A DNA stretch of 62,873 nt, the filler included, from Phoronis australis (lineage: Eukaryota; Animalia; Phoronida): assembly GCA_002633005.1 (NCBI GenBank). It is 9 parts of 9 records of this genome, joined end to end, with 100 filler letters (N's around TTAATTAATTAA, not from the genome) between each part and the next. Parts side by side here need not be neighbours in the genome. Positions count along the whole stretch, not along the records: positions 1 to 23,172 come from NMRA01001313.1; positions 23,273 to 34,205 come from NMRA01000010.1; 7 more parts are not named here. One strand, 5' to 3'. The translations under genes were made by a program, and so were the position numbers. Shown in pieces: positions 12,747 through 26,599 of this stretch. A model generated the notes under the pieces. The model had not been told where the DNA came from and searched no databases. It saw only the letters and a program-made list of their open reading frames with translations. The stretch's first letter is position 1; every line of letters begins with the position of its first letter.

Positions 12747-13429
12747 CTGTAAAATAATATTATTATTGAATCCTAATTTGTAATAGCACCAAAAAGTCGT
12801 GCAGGTTACTTATCTCCCAAAGTTTGTGGAATTCGTTCAAGCTCAAGAAAATGTGGACATACACCACTGCGCAAAAGCACACCAACTTATCTGCACATTT
12901 GCCTGGTAATTTGCTTTTTTGGACAATCATTTCTCCATAATACATTGCCAGTCACAAATGAATTTGTATGCGTTTAAACAGTAGTTGCAACATAGATACT
13001 GCAAACTCAGAGAATACACGAATTTCCGATAGAGACGCATAAAGAGCTGAAAGTTTGTGACTTAACTCGGATTAGGAATGGAAAACATACGCATCATCAT
13101 GAGAGTTGTAGCTTAAAAATCACTGTTGCACTTAATGACCCTTGACCTAGCAATTCGGTTCAGGTTATCCGTGTTTAAATGAATCGAAAGCTCGTAAAAC
13201 GTTAACTTAAGCTTAAAGCTTATATCAATACTCCGTTAATAACCACCAGGCCTACTCTGAGCTCGTTATGTTTAGAGGGTGGCGCCTTCTCTAGAGTAAT
13301 TTTGCAAGAAAATATTGTAGCTGCCTTTCTGAGCCCAATTGCAGAAAAGTTATACGCCGTATAGGAACAATGACTTCGCATTATCTAGCATTCTGTTGTT
13401 AATGTTGGATTAAGTCGTGTATCGGCAGA

Positions 13430-13712
13430 GAAGTGGTGTTTTTTGGGGTGAAAATGACGATTTTGCATTGTTTGCCCCTATTTTTTTAGTCTAGCTTGGT
13501 TTTTAATGGGAGTGAAAGGGTCAAAAATACGAGAGAGAATAGTTTCTTTGCTCATTTGTAGGCTTTTTATGTGAAATAACTGAAAACGTGTCATTCTATT
13601 CTTTGCATCCTGTTTTCGACAGAGTGAAGCAAAGGTGACAAATCAAGTGATGTGTGTTATGCTGGGCAAAACCCAGTGAGAACTTATCTGTGCCTCCTTA
13701 TGGCACTGAGTC
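13430..13712. repeat. Dispersed repeat family (other copies ~24330-24470 and ~33760-34033)
   Basis: Shared gtgaaagggtcaaaa, tatgtgaaa and aaaacccagtgagaact..tgcc(c/t)c blocks. Confidence 0.7.
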
Positions 13713-13877
13713 TCACTTTGGATTTTAATGTCCTTTGCGTGAATGGGGCTATTCGGAGAATTCTCCTCGCGGTGTCGCTGCTGTACTAGTGGCGATTGAA
13801 TTGCGCATGTGTCGCTGTCTGCATGTAAACAGCTTGTAAAAAGGCGGATTGTTATCAAAATACGTCGTCGCGCAAAG

Positions 13878-14027
13878 CCTTATTATTGCTATTTTCTCTG
13901 GTGCAAGTCTTCGACAGGTGGTCACAAATTACCAAAAGACCTAAGGTTACTACATTCGTGGAGCATTGCGGTCAAAAGGGTCAACCAACTGACAAAAAGT
14001 GTGTGGATGCCGAAGCCCCTTTGGTAG
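13878..14027 (+). pseudogene. THAP-domain remnant of a DNA transposon
   Basis: PYYCYFLWCKS..GHKLPKD..L...W..AVKR......WMP matches the THAP C-x4-C / FP / W..A.KR / W.P pattern; truncated by a stop. Confidence 0.6.
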
Positions 14028-17000
14028 ACTACATAAGGTAACTTGGTAAGTTTTTAGTAATCAGGTTTCTATCGACATCGTTCGGTGATGTTATCCCCAC
14101 CAGTTACCCAGTTACGGGTTTATTGAATGGAATTAAGTGTTTCTTTTCGGAAACTCGCCCAGGACTCGGATGCCGGGTAGGCTAGCAGCACATAAACACA
14201 TTGTCCTCCAGGGCAAGGAATGCGCCCAATATAAGAGGTGTATGCTACGTGACGCTCAGAAGTCAAGGATGACTTTCACAGCAGGTTCACTTCAAAGCTA
14301 TGCTATGTCCAATAAAATTCTCTAGCTGAGTGAGTTTTCTTATTTTATGGCGGACTCCACCTCCAGGACTACCAGATTGGTTACTGAATTAACCGATGAA
14401 TAAGCTATTCAGTAAACGTCATAACATTGCACTAGAATAAAAATTAACATCTAGAATGAATTTTTCTTTTTGAGGTCAGATGCACATTTTAGGTGTCGTG
14501 AAAAATACACATTATTAAATCAGTTTTAGCCTGTTTCACATAGTTGAATTCAGATCTTAAATACGACTTGGGTACAAAGATTATTAGTTTCTACATATAA
14601 ACATGAAGATGAAACGTCAAGTATGTTCTGCCTTACTAAAGTAGTTTTGTCTTGTGTTTTCTTTTATAATTTGTTAATATTTCTCCCGCTATTCTGTTAC
14701 AGGTGAGAGAAAACGACTGAAACCAGCCGCCTGACCGTCCATTTTACATTTGGACAAAGTGAAAAGCAATCCTACAGCATTAACCTGAGAGACTCGAACA
14801 AAATTCAGAAATTCAGCGCTTGATGTGCCTGATTTTGGACTCCATTGCTAGGGAAAATTACAATTGTTTTTAACAATGTTGTTTCTTTATATACTTTTCT
14901 TGCATGTGGAACTTTTGTTGTGGACAAGTTAACTCAAAACTTAAAATTATTCAAAGGCCTTCTTGAGAAAGCTCTAAAAATAATTACACACACAAAAAAA
15001 TCAAATGCAAACAAAGGGAGTAATTCATTTTGATCGCTGCACATTTCTACAGGTCAACACTGAGGAAAACGACAATTTGCAAGCATAATCGCTAATCATT
15101 TCAGCTTTATAAAGAATAATCCCAACTGCACTGTGCGGGGCTTTAAAACTGAGGAAATATTGTGGTTTCAATAATTAGAGACAATCTTACCTGATGAGGA
15201 AAATTTTATTCATCATCAAAGTGTAACATTAACTGGCTTTCTACTGACAATAAGACAATCGATGCAGTCACTGAATGTCATTTCCCCATAATGTGTACCA
15301 GATTGAAAAGCTTTTACCATTAGCATAAAGCCTTTCTTCTGAAAGGAAAGTTAATGTCACTCAGTAAGAAATGACAGGTATTTATATCAGATGCTTTTGG
15401 TTTTCATTTCACAGAGATCTAGTTTCAATAGCCTATAGAAGCGCTTGTAAAAAAGGTCCAGTTTCGGCACGTGGCTTTCCTTCAGGTAACCTCATTCAGC
15501 CCTAATTAGATCCTTGAAGATAAACACAACAGCATATCACTTGACTCGTTTTGTGCCCAAAATCTGACCCTGAACTAGACCAGAATGTCACTACGTCTTC
15601 TTTAGCTTCAATCCAGCATGTTTCTTCCAGGAAAGGAAATAAGCTATTGTCCACACATGACTTATTGCCTATGAAAGGCCATCCTCACCAACGAGGCTGA
15701 CTTGTGTAGCAGTCAGATATAGTTCCTCTTCTTGTTCCTTGTCTTATGGTAATTTCACCAGGGCCACTGACATGTACATTGTGCCATGCAGCACTAATGG
15801 TGTGTGGAAATGCTGTGGGCCAGAGTAACAAAGCTTGTTCGTTGTCTCCGATGAAGAAAGTAGGCTTTAACAACAGATCTACATGTACACTGGATGGTTA
15901 ACTGCAGTCAACTGCTTAAAACCAATTTTTGTCCATTCAGGGTCGATGCAGAAGCGATGCATATCTCCTCTGCACGGTACAAGCCCTCAAACCTAAATAC
16001 CAAACGTCACATGAAAACAGACATGATAGATTTTCATTTCAACGTGTAACAAATTTCCGGAAGACACAGGATAGGGAGTAAACAAATAGTCTAATGTATA
16101 TTTACGTACCCTTTGCCATGGCATTGGGCTTGGATTGTAATCTCACTAACCAATATCGAGTTAAACATTCAGCATTCATTGATGTAACTGTCACTGATAA
16201 ACCTGTTAGAAATCATTCCAAACAATAATACTGCTTTCATGTACGAAAACATCCAGAGTGCTACCTCAAGTATCGTAACACGCAGCACAACAAACAAAGA
16301 TTAATCCGACTGCCGACTGCCGTGAAGTCGACATCGGCGAGTATATCAGTTAACAGGTATCAGTAGAATAAACATGGAATAATTGTTAAAATAATCACAA
16401 ACCTTACCTTTGTATAAGGTCGTGGTTACTTTCTCTCATAGAAGCACCCTTTTCACGCAATCTCAGAATCAGTTGGCACGCCTAAAGCCATTTCACCATG
16501 TATTTAAAGGGCTCGCGAAATCGAGGCTGTTAATCTATCACCACTAGTACATGGGCGCCCTCTAGTTAATGTAAATTTTCCGAATAGCCCCATTAGAAGT
16601 GCAATTATCTGTTAGCAATGAGATATATATATAGAAGAGTTGAAGTCATGTGGTTTACGATGAACCGAATAGTTTGCCACCTTGGTGATGAACAATGTGA
16701 ATGCAGCTGCCTCTGTAATATTTAATTGCAAAAATAGTTGGACGAAAGAAACAAAGCGACAAAACATCACGTTTTAGAGGGAACTTTTCGACGAGGTTTT
16801 TTATCGTTGATCTTTGATGTGTCACTATGATTGAAGATTGACAAAACTGATTATTTAGTGACGGATGATTCCCGCGAATTGTGCGGTGTCTGGTGTCCTC
16901 TGGTTGTATGGTGTGAGGCTGTGTAATGTAGTTCAGCCTGTCCAGTGGAAAACTTTTAGCCTCAAGCTGTCCTTAACTCAAATTTTAAGGTCAGCGTGTC

Positions 17001-18309
17001 TTAGTTATGATTATGTCTCGGAATTTTGACGACATTTCCAAGAGCTTTTGCCCCTATTACAAACCCGAGACTCGTGTAGGATTCTCTATATCTGGGTACA
17101 ATAGGGTCAGGGGCTGTACACGTTCAAAGAGGCGTATATTACGCTGAAATTGTAGGAAGACAACACGGTGTGAGGCATGTGTTTCGTAGAAGCTGTTGTG
17201 TTCTACATGCCAAGGCCACTGCGCTTTACATATATACATGTATTTGCTACAATCTGTTCGCACTGCAATCGACTCCAGGCTCTACTATGATGGGAATAGT
17301 AGCAGGGTAATTTGAATATATCTTTACATTTTGAATTTGAGGTGTGGTAATAAAACAAATTGCGTGTATATACTTCGTGGTATTACCATCTCATTCATGT
17401 ACGGCGAAATAAGTACAATGATGGACGCCCAACAAAAGCTCCAATGCCATATTGAATAATACAATACAAATAATACTTAAAAGCATTGATAACGGCACAG
17501 CTTTTACGTGATAATTCTGTTTCCTTGCTCAAACATTTATCACAAATTCCAATGTCTATCATAAACACAGCGAAAGAGATTGCCGTACGGGTTGGCACGG
17601 GTACCAGCTAGTTGCTATTTAAGCCATGATGCCAAATTCCGTGGTTCTAAATATTTGAAAATCGTAATCCTTTAAAAATATTATTTTACCTGCAAATAGT
17701 TTGAGATCCATAGCTTTTGTTCCATTGACTGGCAGACGAATTTGTCACCCACGAAATACGTCGCTCGTGCACGTAATGGAATTGCAATGCTTGGCGCCAT
17801 ATCTGAGTAACTTTATAATTTGCACTCGAAGTCAACTCAAAATTATTTTTGAATTTTTACATTCTTCTTTGCAAAGGTCATCAAATTTTGAAAATCGTAC
17901 ATGTACCTCTCCTATATTTTTCAAGGAATTCTCGTCAATTTCAGCACACAGATGTAAGCGTACATGTCGATCAAACATGCCACTAAGCAATTGGGCAATC
18001 CTATCAAAAATAGGTAGATGGGTTGTTGTCAATAACTACCCATACCACTTCCAGTAAAATACAGTTTCCATTATTGTCACAGTGATCTCTCTGGTTCCCA
18101 TAACTGTGCACGTGAAAGGGCAGAGTACTGTTGTTCTTGGGTTTCCTTCATAGATGTCACATACACTCAAATACATGCAGCTTTGAATGGTGAATGTTGG
18201 CCAAAACCCTTTTGTCCACTCACGTCACACGCATTCTGGTGGAGGCCATGAGAACTCCTAAACCGAGTTAACTGACCAAGTAGTATAATAGATAATTATG
18301 GATAATTTT

Positions 18310-19530
18310 ATTTATACCACAATATTCGCCTTGAATGGCAGATACAAACTAGTGAGATAACATTTTGGCGGGAAACTGAGGCCGGATTCGAANNNNNNNN
18401 NNNNNNNNNNNNNNNNNNNNNNNNNNNNNNNNNNNNNNNNNNNNNNNNNNNNNNNNNNNNNNNNNNNNNNNNNNNNNNNNNNNNNNNNNNNNNNNNNNNN
18501 NNNNNNNNNNNNNNNNNNNNNNNNNNNNNNNNNNNNNNNNNNNNNNNNNNNNNNNNNNNNNNNNNNNNNNNNNNNNNNNNNNNNNNNNNNNNNNNNNNNN
18601 NNNNNNNNNNNNNNNNNNNNNNNNNNNNNNNNNNNNNNNCGGGAGGATCTAGTTCGTAAGGCTCAAAGTAGAAAAGTACGCAGCCGGAAGCACATTAAAC
18701 TTGTTCTCGCTTTCGTGCAACCCCATTTCCTCATCCTGGCCACCATTGCCGTACGTTTCTTCATAGTATTTGTTCAATTCTTGCTCATAATCGTCGTCGC
18801 TTTCAAATTCCCTGCTCTCCGCTATTGTTCAATGCTAGTCACTGATCTCTTGTGTTCAACCCATGACGTCACAAGGCGGCAAATGTGAAAATTGGCAAAA
18901 TTGAAAGAAAAATCAAAATTTCGAGCTAATTACACAAAATAAACATGGGTCTAGCTAAATTTTACGTCATACATTTAGTCTGTGGCCACCGGAAATTCAA
19001 AATGTGCAAAAATCCATGGTGTGTACTGTTTAATTCAGTGAAATTTTTCTCTCGTGTTCTCTCATTTGTAAATCACCGATCTCCAATTTGAATGCAGGTG
19101 TCGTGTGGTCGGGATCCTTAAGCATTATAGTCAGTTACTAGTGCTAACCTACTTTAGCAGACGATGTATTCCCGGTCGAAGCTTAGCGTGATAAAATGTG
19201 TACTAAGCTATAACAGTTGCTAAACCTTAATTTATATATTCACTTTATTTCTATTTTGTTTTTATTTTTCAATTGGTTTTGAGTAAAAGCATTATTTTAC
19301 AAAAATATCTCGGCTTTTCTTAAAAGGTCACGACCTCCGACCCCGGGCCTCTGACATAAAAAGTAGTTAAAAGCCGAGGCGAGTCGAGAAAGGTAGATCG
19401 ATTCGTTGCAATGTTTCTCGTTCAGATTATTATATGTTCTCAGTCGTTATCCCCCTTACATGTATCTAGAGTTCTCGTGGATTTTTTAGAATTATCACAC
19501 TGAGGGGCTAACGCCCCTCGGGCGATAATT
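18310..19530. mobile_element. Composite repeat copy 1 (with gap and nested insertion)
   Basis: 18310-18392 and 19030-19530 align closely with 26600-27390. Confidence 0.85.
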
Positions 19531-19833
19531 CAAAAGATGGTTTATTAATTTTTAGTTTAGTGACATTAAGTCAGGTGTTTTCTTAAAGGTATTTTTTTCC
19601 ATTTTCATTAAAATTCCGCGTTTTTCGTGAACCTAGTGTCAAAGAACAGGTGTCCCTTTAGTGGTGGCAAAATGGCTGATGAACCTGTGTTGTAGTGTTA
19701 ACTGCTATGATGGAGTATGATGAAGTGTGTGGGACTTAAAAAAAATGTCCTCTGCACATGTGTGAAATCCGTATACCAAAAACAATATAATATAGTTTTA
19801 CTTACATGTATAACAATAAATGTTCTATCTAAA

Positions 19834-19992
19834 ATTCTAACATGCCTGTCTCTAACTACAATTCTAACATGCCTGTCTCTAACTACAATTCTAACATGCC
19901 TGTCTCTAACTACAACTCTAACATACCTGTCTCTAACTACACCTCTAACATGCCTGTCTCTAACTACAATTCTAACATGTCTGTCTCTAACA
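19834..19992. repeat. 27-bp minisatellite, ~6 copies
   Basis: attctaacatgcctgtctctaactaca repeated. Confidence 0.95.
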
Positions 19993-20099
19993 CTTTTCGC
20001 AGAACAAGAGAGGATGCTCCACGTTTTGTAAGACAGCTAGCTAGTTGAACTTTAGAATCACACCATTTATTATCTTTAATCTGTTTGTTTTCAAGGAGT

Positions 20100-23000
20100 T
20101 TCTTTATACCACTGATTTTCATTCGAAGCTTTTTCTATGTTAGAAACTTTTCTGACTTAATTGCCTCAAGTAATGATTTGCTATCAGTAAAACGTACCAG
20201 TTGTACAACAGTAGAATCTGCTGTCCTACAAGTCAATTCACCAAAAAGTGTCATTATGAAGAGAGACACATTAATGCCTTCTGTCATGGCCTAGGTTTCA
20301 GCTGCCAATGTACTTCTAACTACCCGTCTGATTTTCTTAGAATTCCACCAAATAGGTGTGATTTTCCAAGACTTGTTTATCAAACCAATAAAATAACCCC
20401 CTTGACTTCCACCGTCAGGTAAATTGCCCAAGGCAGCGTCACTGAACAAAGCCACGCACAAGTCAATGGCCCGTCCTAATGATACTTCAGAGAGATCTCT
20501 GTTGATTACGCCTTGTCAATAATCTTGATTGCCATCAGCATGACTTTTACAGTACAACATTTAATCCCACAGTATTTGAATGCATCACTATTCTTTTTGC
20601 CAACCTTAAAGGTTGATCTAATTCTAGAAATAACATTCTCACACTCTTCTGTACCTCCCCATACAAATCATCAACATGACATGCGAATATACCATAGACC
20701 TCATTACTATCATTCATCCAGTAAAATACAGCAGTATCCACCTTTGACATCTTCCCCCCGTTTTCTAACATGACTGATTTAACCCGAAATTACCAATTAA
20801 GTGAAGCGTCGTTTAGGCCACATACGCATTTTTCCAATCGCCATTTTACTGTTTGCATTTGCTTCTTTGGGGGGGGGGTCTGATGTATATTTCTCTGTCA
20901 ATAGGATTTCCCTGCAATGTCCATTGAATGCATTTTCCAGTTTTCCATGGCCAAAATTGCAACAATCAAACGCAATGACTCATGCTCACATGTAGATGAA
21001 TCTTTTTTAACGTAATTTTAAAATTCTTCAAACCCTCTAGCACCTAATCGGGCTTTTGAAACCGCGCCATTATCTGTGTTTTTAAGAGTACCCACACATT
21101 TCGTGGAGTGTTATTGATGACCTTCATTTGGCACTTCACTATGAGCATTGTCTTGTTTCCAACCTTCCAATTCAGCCAATTTTGCATTGATTTCTTTAAT
21201 TGAACATCGTTGTCGCCCCCATGACCATCATTAGCCGACACTTCAGGGATAGCCTTTTGTAATCTGATTTCAAGAACTCTCACAATAAAAGCCCCATGTT
21301 TGACAATAACACTAGATCATCTCTTCCAATAACAACGCCAGAACCCTTCCATTCGGAAAAAACAGGTCTCTATCCCAGTATCACAAGAATTAGTAACTGA
21401 TCGTGTTTGTTTCTTTAATACTCTTCTAATCTTTTCAGAACTTTCCGCTTTAACAAAAGCAGCTCTTGTTGCATACATCGCATTGATGTGATTACCAACT
21501 TTCTCACTCATGGTCGTGCCCTCCAATACAGGGAGATTATCAGTTAAAACTGATGGCAAATTTGGATTCCTCCCGAAAACCAGCTGAATGGACTAAAACC
21601 ATATGTATTGTGCAATGGATTTAAGCCTTTAAGGCCCATGCCAATGCTGTTTCCCAATCAAGATTATGACTTGATTTCAATTTTTCCAGAATATCAGTCA
21701 ACGTTATGTTGATTCTTTCTAGAGTACCATTAGACCAGGAGGAATACGCCGGAGTGGTCAGTAACTCTATATTGAAATTCTCTGCCACGTCCCTCACTTC
21801 ATCATTATTGAATTCCCCACCATTATCACTGAACAATCATTGAGGTTCCCCAAAAATACTGATCCAATGCTTAATGAAATTGTCAACAAACACATTGGCT
21901 TTCTTATAATGCATTATACACCCAGAACTAAAGCGTGTGGATTCGTCAATGTTGTATAAATACCACAAATTTGGACCCAACTGGTGCAAATCGACTGCCA
22001 CAGTCTGATTAAAATCACTTGCAAGTGGCAAGCAAACAGCTGGTACAGGAATTGGCTATTTGAATTTTAGACATGTCTCACATTTCTTGATAGTGTCGTT
22101 CAACAATGTAAACACATTCTCATCATTGGCACCTGCACACTTCATCAATTGCTTAATTCTATCAAAAGTAGCATGGCCAAATTGACAGTGTAATTTCATG
22201 AGCATTTTTCACTTCTAATACTCAAATTCTTATCATCTAAGAAGAAAAGCTCACCCTCTGCGGTCTATTCTTTCTGTGGCACGCTGTTGTTATCCACACA
22301 TGTGTCCACATGATGAATGTTTAATAGGGACATCTTGACCGAACACTGAGACTCGGTTCTCATTTTGGTCAATTTTTGTGTCAGCCCTATTTAGACTTTC
22401 ATTGCTCAGCAGTAGTGGAACGTCAACGGGAACTACCTTGACTTTAATTTCGCATACAGTGTCCCCAGTCTGCGCTGGCAACGTTACTGCCTTGGTTGAC
22501 ACGATATTCTTCCCAAAGCCAAATTTGAACTATCTCTGACTGGGAACTGTTTCGACTTCAACTTCAGGTTGACTCTCAAGATAAGTGTCCAGCCATTTTT
22601 GCCCACATAATGTTCTTGAACACCCCGTGTCAAGAATAGCATAGTTCTTGGTTTCTGTAAGCAAAACAATGTCATTGTCCAGTGACCAATCAACGTGATT
22701 TTGTTTCTTCTCCGGGTAGTCTTTAGCCTAATGAAACACAGAATTGCAGATCCTACAGGATGTTCTTCGGCCATACTTGTTTAATGGGTTCGTTCCCCTC
22801 TGTGTCATATCTGTTTTGGATGTGTGTGGAGCTCTCCTTCACTTCCCATAGAGGACTTCATCTTTTATCGCAACGCCCTCTGATGCCTCACTTTTAACAT
22901 CATATTCTCCGAACATTCGCCGAAGTGCCGATTTCATACTTTCATACGTTAAGTCCGTACAAGCCGTTAGTGTCATTTGCTTCTGGGTTTTGATCAGATT

Positions 23001-23172
23001 TGCCACATCCAGAAGCTTGAAGGCAAGAACAGCATCTGACAAAAACATGTCATATTTGTGACACTTCTTATTTAAGGCGTCAAAGTCACAAATAAAATCA
23101 CTAATTGGCTGACCGTTCTTATGCATAAAGGTGTAAAATTTTTGTATGCCTCATAAGCATAGTCCTTGCTCT
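20100..23172 (-). mobile_element. Decayed Ty1/copia LTR retrotransposon (GalEa-like)
   Basis: Order gag (DAVLAFKLL..ANL, MKSALRR.FG), protease (LDTGC..T.CG..W), integrase (H-x3-H..C-x2-C, VAVDLH, SDNGGEF), RT (HVDD), RNase H (FSDAALG); many stops and frameshifts. Confidence 0.88.
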
Positions 23173-23272
23173 NNNNNNNNNNNNNNNNNNNNNNNNNNNN
23201 NNNNNNNNNNNNNNNNTTAATTAATTAANNNNNNNNNNNNNNNNNNNNNNNNNNNNNNNNNNNNNNNNNNNN
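23173..23272. other. Artificial contig spacer N44-TTAATTAATTAA-N44 (also 34206, 45781, 48190, 51614, 55184, 57943, 60169)
   Basis: Eight identical 100-bp spacers with a six-frame stop palindrome. Confidence 0.97.
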
Positions 23273-23616
23273 TGTCTGAAATTTGACAACATGTGTAATC
23301 TCAGGTGTTTTAATGAAACACTGCAATTATTGTCATCATTATTGTTATTACTTTTATTGTATGTTCAAAGGATAACGGATGGCATATTTGTGTGTCTAAC
23401 GTCGCATTTGCCGGGTTAACAGACTTTGCAAGAAGTTTTCAAATGCGCTTGAAACTTTTGATCTGGTTGATGAGTTACAGAGCCGACTTGGATAGTCGTT
23501 GTTAATGTCTGTAGGCAGGCCAAAAAACCAGGTTTAGTGTCCTTTAAGTACAAGTCCCTTGGATTTGCCGAGATTCTTAATTAAGCACAAATCTTTCAGA
23601 ATTTTTTCTTTTCTAG

Positions 23617-23798
23617 GAACCGTGGAACTTAACCTCAGCGCTATGCCGCAACCATCTAAGAACAGCAAGAAATGCTCATTGTCACAGTTGTCCAATGACA
23701 GCGAAAGTCAAGGCAAAGTCATTTCTCTGTTTGAGCAGAAGCGGGCCAAGGGTTTCTGGCCAGTGCATAGGAACGGGAAAGGAACAAAAGAACTAACG
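23617..23798 (+). CDS. Ferlin (myoferlin/dysferlin-type), exon in last C2 region
   Basis: GTVELNL..MPQPSK....C...SLFEQKRAKGFWP; ag/gt boundaries. Confidence 0.9.
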
Positions 23799-23812
23799 GT
23801 GAATACTGGATT

Positions 23813-23962
23813 CATGGGCGGCGCACCATAGGGTGCTGGGGGGGGGAGCTATAGACCCACTTATTTCAGTGCTGGGTTGCCCGTGGGCACGGGCGGCGAG
23901 CACCATAGGGGGCTGGGGGGGGTGCTATAGCCTCCACATATTTTAGTGCTGCGTCGCCCATG
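23813..23962. mobile_element. Small MITE, tandem dimer, 6-bp TSD TGGATT
   Basis: Termini CATGGGCG...CGCCCATG flanked by tggatt on both sides. Confidence 0.8.
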
Positions 23963-25534
23963 TGGATTAATTACTTTACAAAGTCAAATGAAATAAAATA
24001 TATGATGTCATCAATGCCGAGTAATGGTTTCCATGAGGATCTACAACATAATCATTGCAATGCAATCAATTTGAGATCGCACACCCCCAAAAAGATTTCA
24101 GGTTGCCCCCAAACAACCTATGATCTGCAAAAAGTTAGTCAGATGGCAGCACTTTTGGACCATATTTTTGGAATCTGTAGGAAATTTTCTTTCAGGGTGT
24201 TGGCTTGTGTCTAGTTTTGGCAACAAAAAGTTGCTATGGTCTGAAAACTGCAAGTTTTTACCATTTTTTCGGAGCCTCATTTCCTTTTTTGGTTCAAACA
24301 AAAGGATCAAAATATGAGACAGACTGAAGTCTGAGGTCTTTATGTGAAACGACTCACAGCTTCTCATTTTCTTCATAGAGTTTTCTACGGAGTGGAAGAA
24401 AAATAACAAATCCACTGACATGATGACTGCCAGCCAAAACCCAGTGAGAACTGTTCAATGCCTCCAAACGGAAGGTTTTTGTAATACAATCCGCGTGGTG
24501 GCACTGCGACTAAGTCAGATACAGATCGCCCGCCAGAACGGACATTAGTCCTACAAGTCGTGGTCATTCACACAGCTGAAGAGTAAACTAGTGTTTTTCT
24601 CGCCACTCCAAACATTGCTGAATGCCCTTGGTACCAATATTTAACATCATCCCTTTTAATTAAGTACAAATCGTACCGTTTTGCACAATAATAAATCCGA
24701 GTACGTTTACATCGTGATTAACGCGAACTCCGACTCGCAAACGGTGTGTATGCTCAACAAATCGATACAACTCGACTCTAAAATTTCTATTTTACAACGT
24801 TTTATACGAACCTTCAAAGCAAATTTAATCCACTCATTGACCAGCGCCAAGCGTTCTATTGGACAACATGAGTAGGCCCATAGAGCGCCGAGAGATCGAA
24901 GTCGCAACTTGTACGGTCGGACGGCGGCTAACAAGAGGTCATATAGAGTAACAGGGGTGGTAATCATAATTAAAGTTTAAATATGACAGCAAGAGGCTTC
25001 ATCATCGGTGATAAGTCGGTTATTAACCATCCAAGCACTACGAGAACCACACTGAAACCCGTCTATCCCGTTGGCGGCCTTTAGATCTGTCATAGCTGTA
25101 GATTCCTTATAACGAGGGGACGATTAGTGGTAATGGGTCATCTTGTGCCAGAAATATGTCTCAATATCGTTCTTAATTGAAAGTGAATCTGCACTGGCAA
25201 TCCATGTATTTCGTGACTTCAATAAAATAAATGTGATCACTATATATGAATATTAATTGAAGATGAGTGAAAATATAGCGTGACTAACACCTAATGTATC
25301 GTATTGACTGAACCGTAATTGGAAAATGGGTTCAATTAAATTAATGTATTCACCTTTATTTGTCGTTATCGTCTCGTGGTTGCTGGCGCGAGCTCCGTCC
25401 TGTATCTGACTAGAGAGCAGCGCCCTCATGTCACCGAAATCACTAAGGTTAGCCCATTGAAAGTTAATACCTTGAGTAATTCTCAAGTTCAGCTGCGTGT
25501 TGCTCCTACACTGTGCGTAGATTTGATTTTGCAG

Positions 25535-25644
25535 GGTAAAGTAGAAATGGAGATTGAAGTATTAACAAAAGATGAAGCCGAGAAGAATCCGGCAGGACTT
25601 GGGCAGGATGAACCCAACACGAACCCCCACTTGGATCCACCACA
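25535..25644 (+). CDS. Ferlin exon (Ferlin_C)
   Basis: GKVEMEIEVLTKDEAEKNPAGLGQDEPNTNPHLDPP; phases fit neighbours. Confidence 0.93.
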
Positions 25645-26599
25645 GTGAGAGTTTCATTTTTTTCTTATAAACGTACAAACAATATATGAAGCGTATGCCA
25701 ACTCTCGAGTTCCTGGAGGATTAGCCTTCAATGAAGTTAGCATCCTTTTTATTGTCACGAGGCTTTGTGTTCACATCACCGATCAGTAAACAAGGCTCAT
25801 GGTGTGCAAAACAATCTGTCACCTTCTTCTACCCGTCTTTCTTTTGATTCCAGTCATTTTATGAGCTTCCTGCTTTCCCAGTATTCATCCTCCACCATCA
25901 TCTGTATCTTGTCTAACCAACCCTTGCCTTGCAAGTATCACACTTGACAACACAACTGGAATACTTTCCATCGTGTTTATAATGTTTTTGACGAGGAGCG
26001 AATTCAGGCTTTATCACCCTCACGTGTAGCTCGGACTCCGATATGGAACGATCGACCAAAAATTGGAATGACCTTTCACTCCCAAGTAACTTTATCTAAT
26101 GAGTGTGCCCTTAGTACAACTACAGTTTGCGGCGTCGAGTTTGGCCGTTGTGTTTACGGAACAATCCTATAATATCAGATCGGCATGCAATAATCACTTG
26201 CTTATTCACTGCCGCAGGAAGCGGGGGGTGCCCTCCATAATTTGAAGGCGACATTGTGAAACTATGGCGGTCGGCACAAGCGTAGGACCGGAGGCATTTG
26301 TAACTGCGAAACATGTAGAAAACTGAAAAGAACATTTGTTACCAGGGATTGAATTACCATTTGGGGACCCTATTTGTTGGGAAAGGCAGTTTCTTGAATA
26401 TGCAATATCTGAACGATGTTGAAAACATACTTTTCAAACTGCATTTCGTCCTGCTTAACTGGCTGAAAAACGAAAATTGAATTTTGCTACAAAACATGTT
26501 CATGCCAAGCACAACAGCATAAGGACATGTGACCCAAATAACCAAAAATGACGTTGTATATCAAAAACAATAGCATTGGCCACCATCGAAATAATTATC

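Noticed and set aside
17395-18057. Overlapping short ORFs suggesting a decayed gene
   Set aside because: No recognisable motif or consistent splice structure
23217-23228. Recurrent TTAATTAATTAA palindrome as a biological site
   Set aside because: Always centred in N44 flanks; an assembly linker
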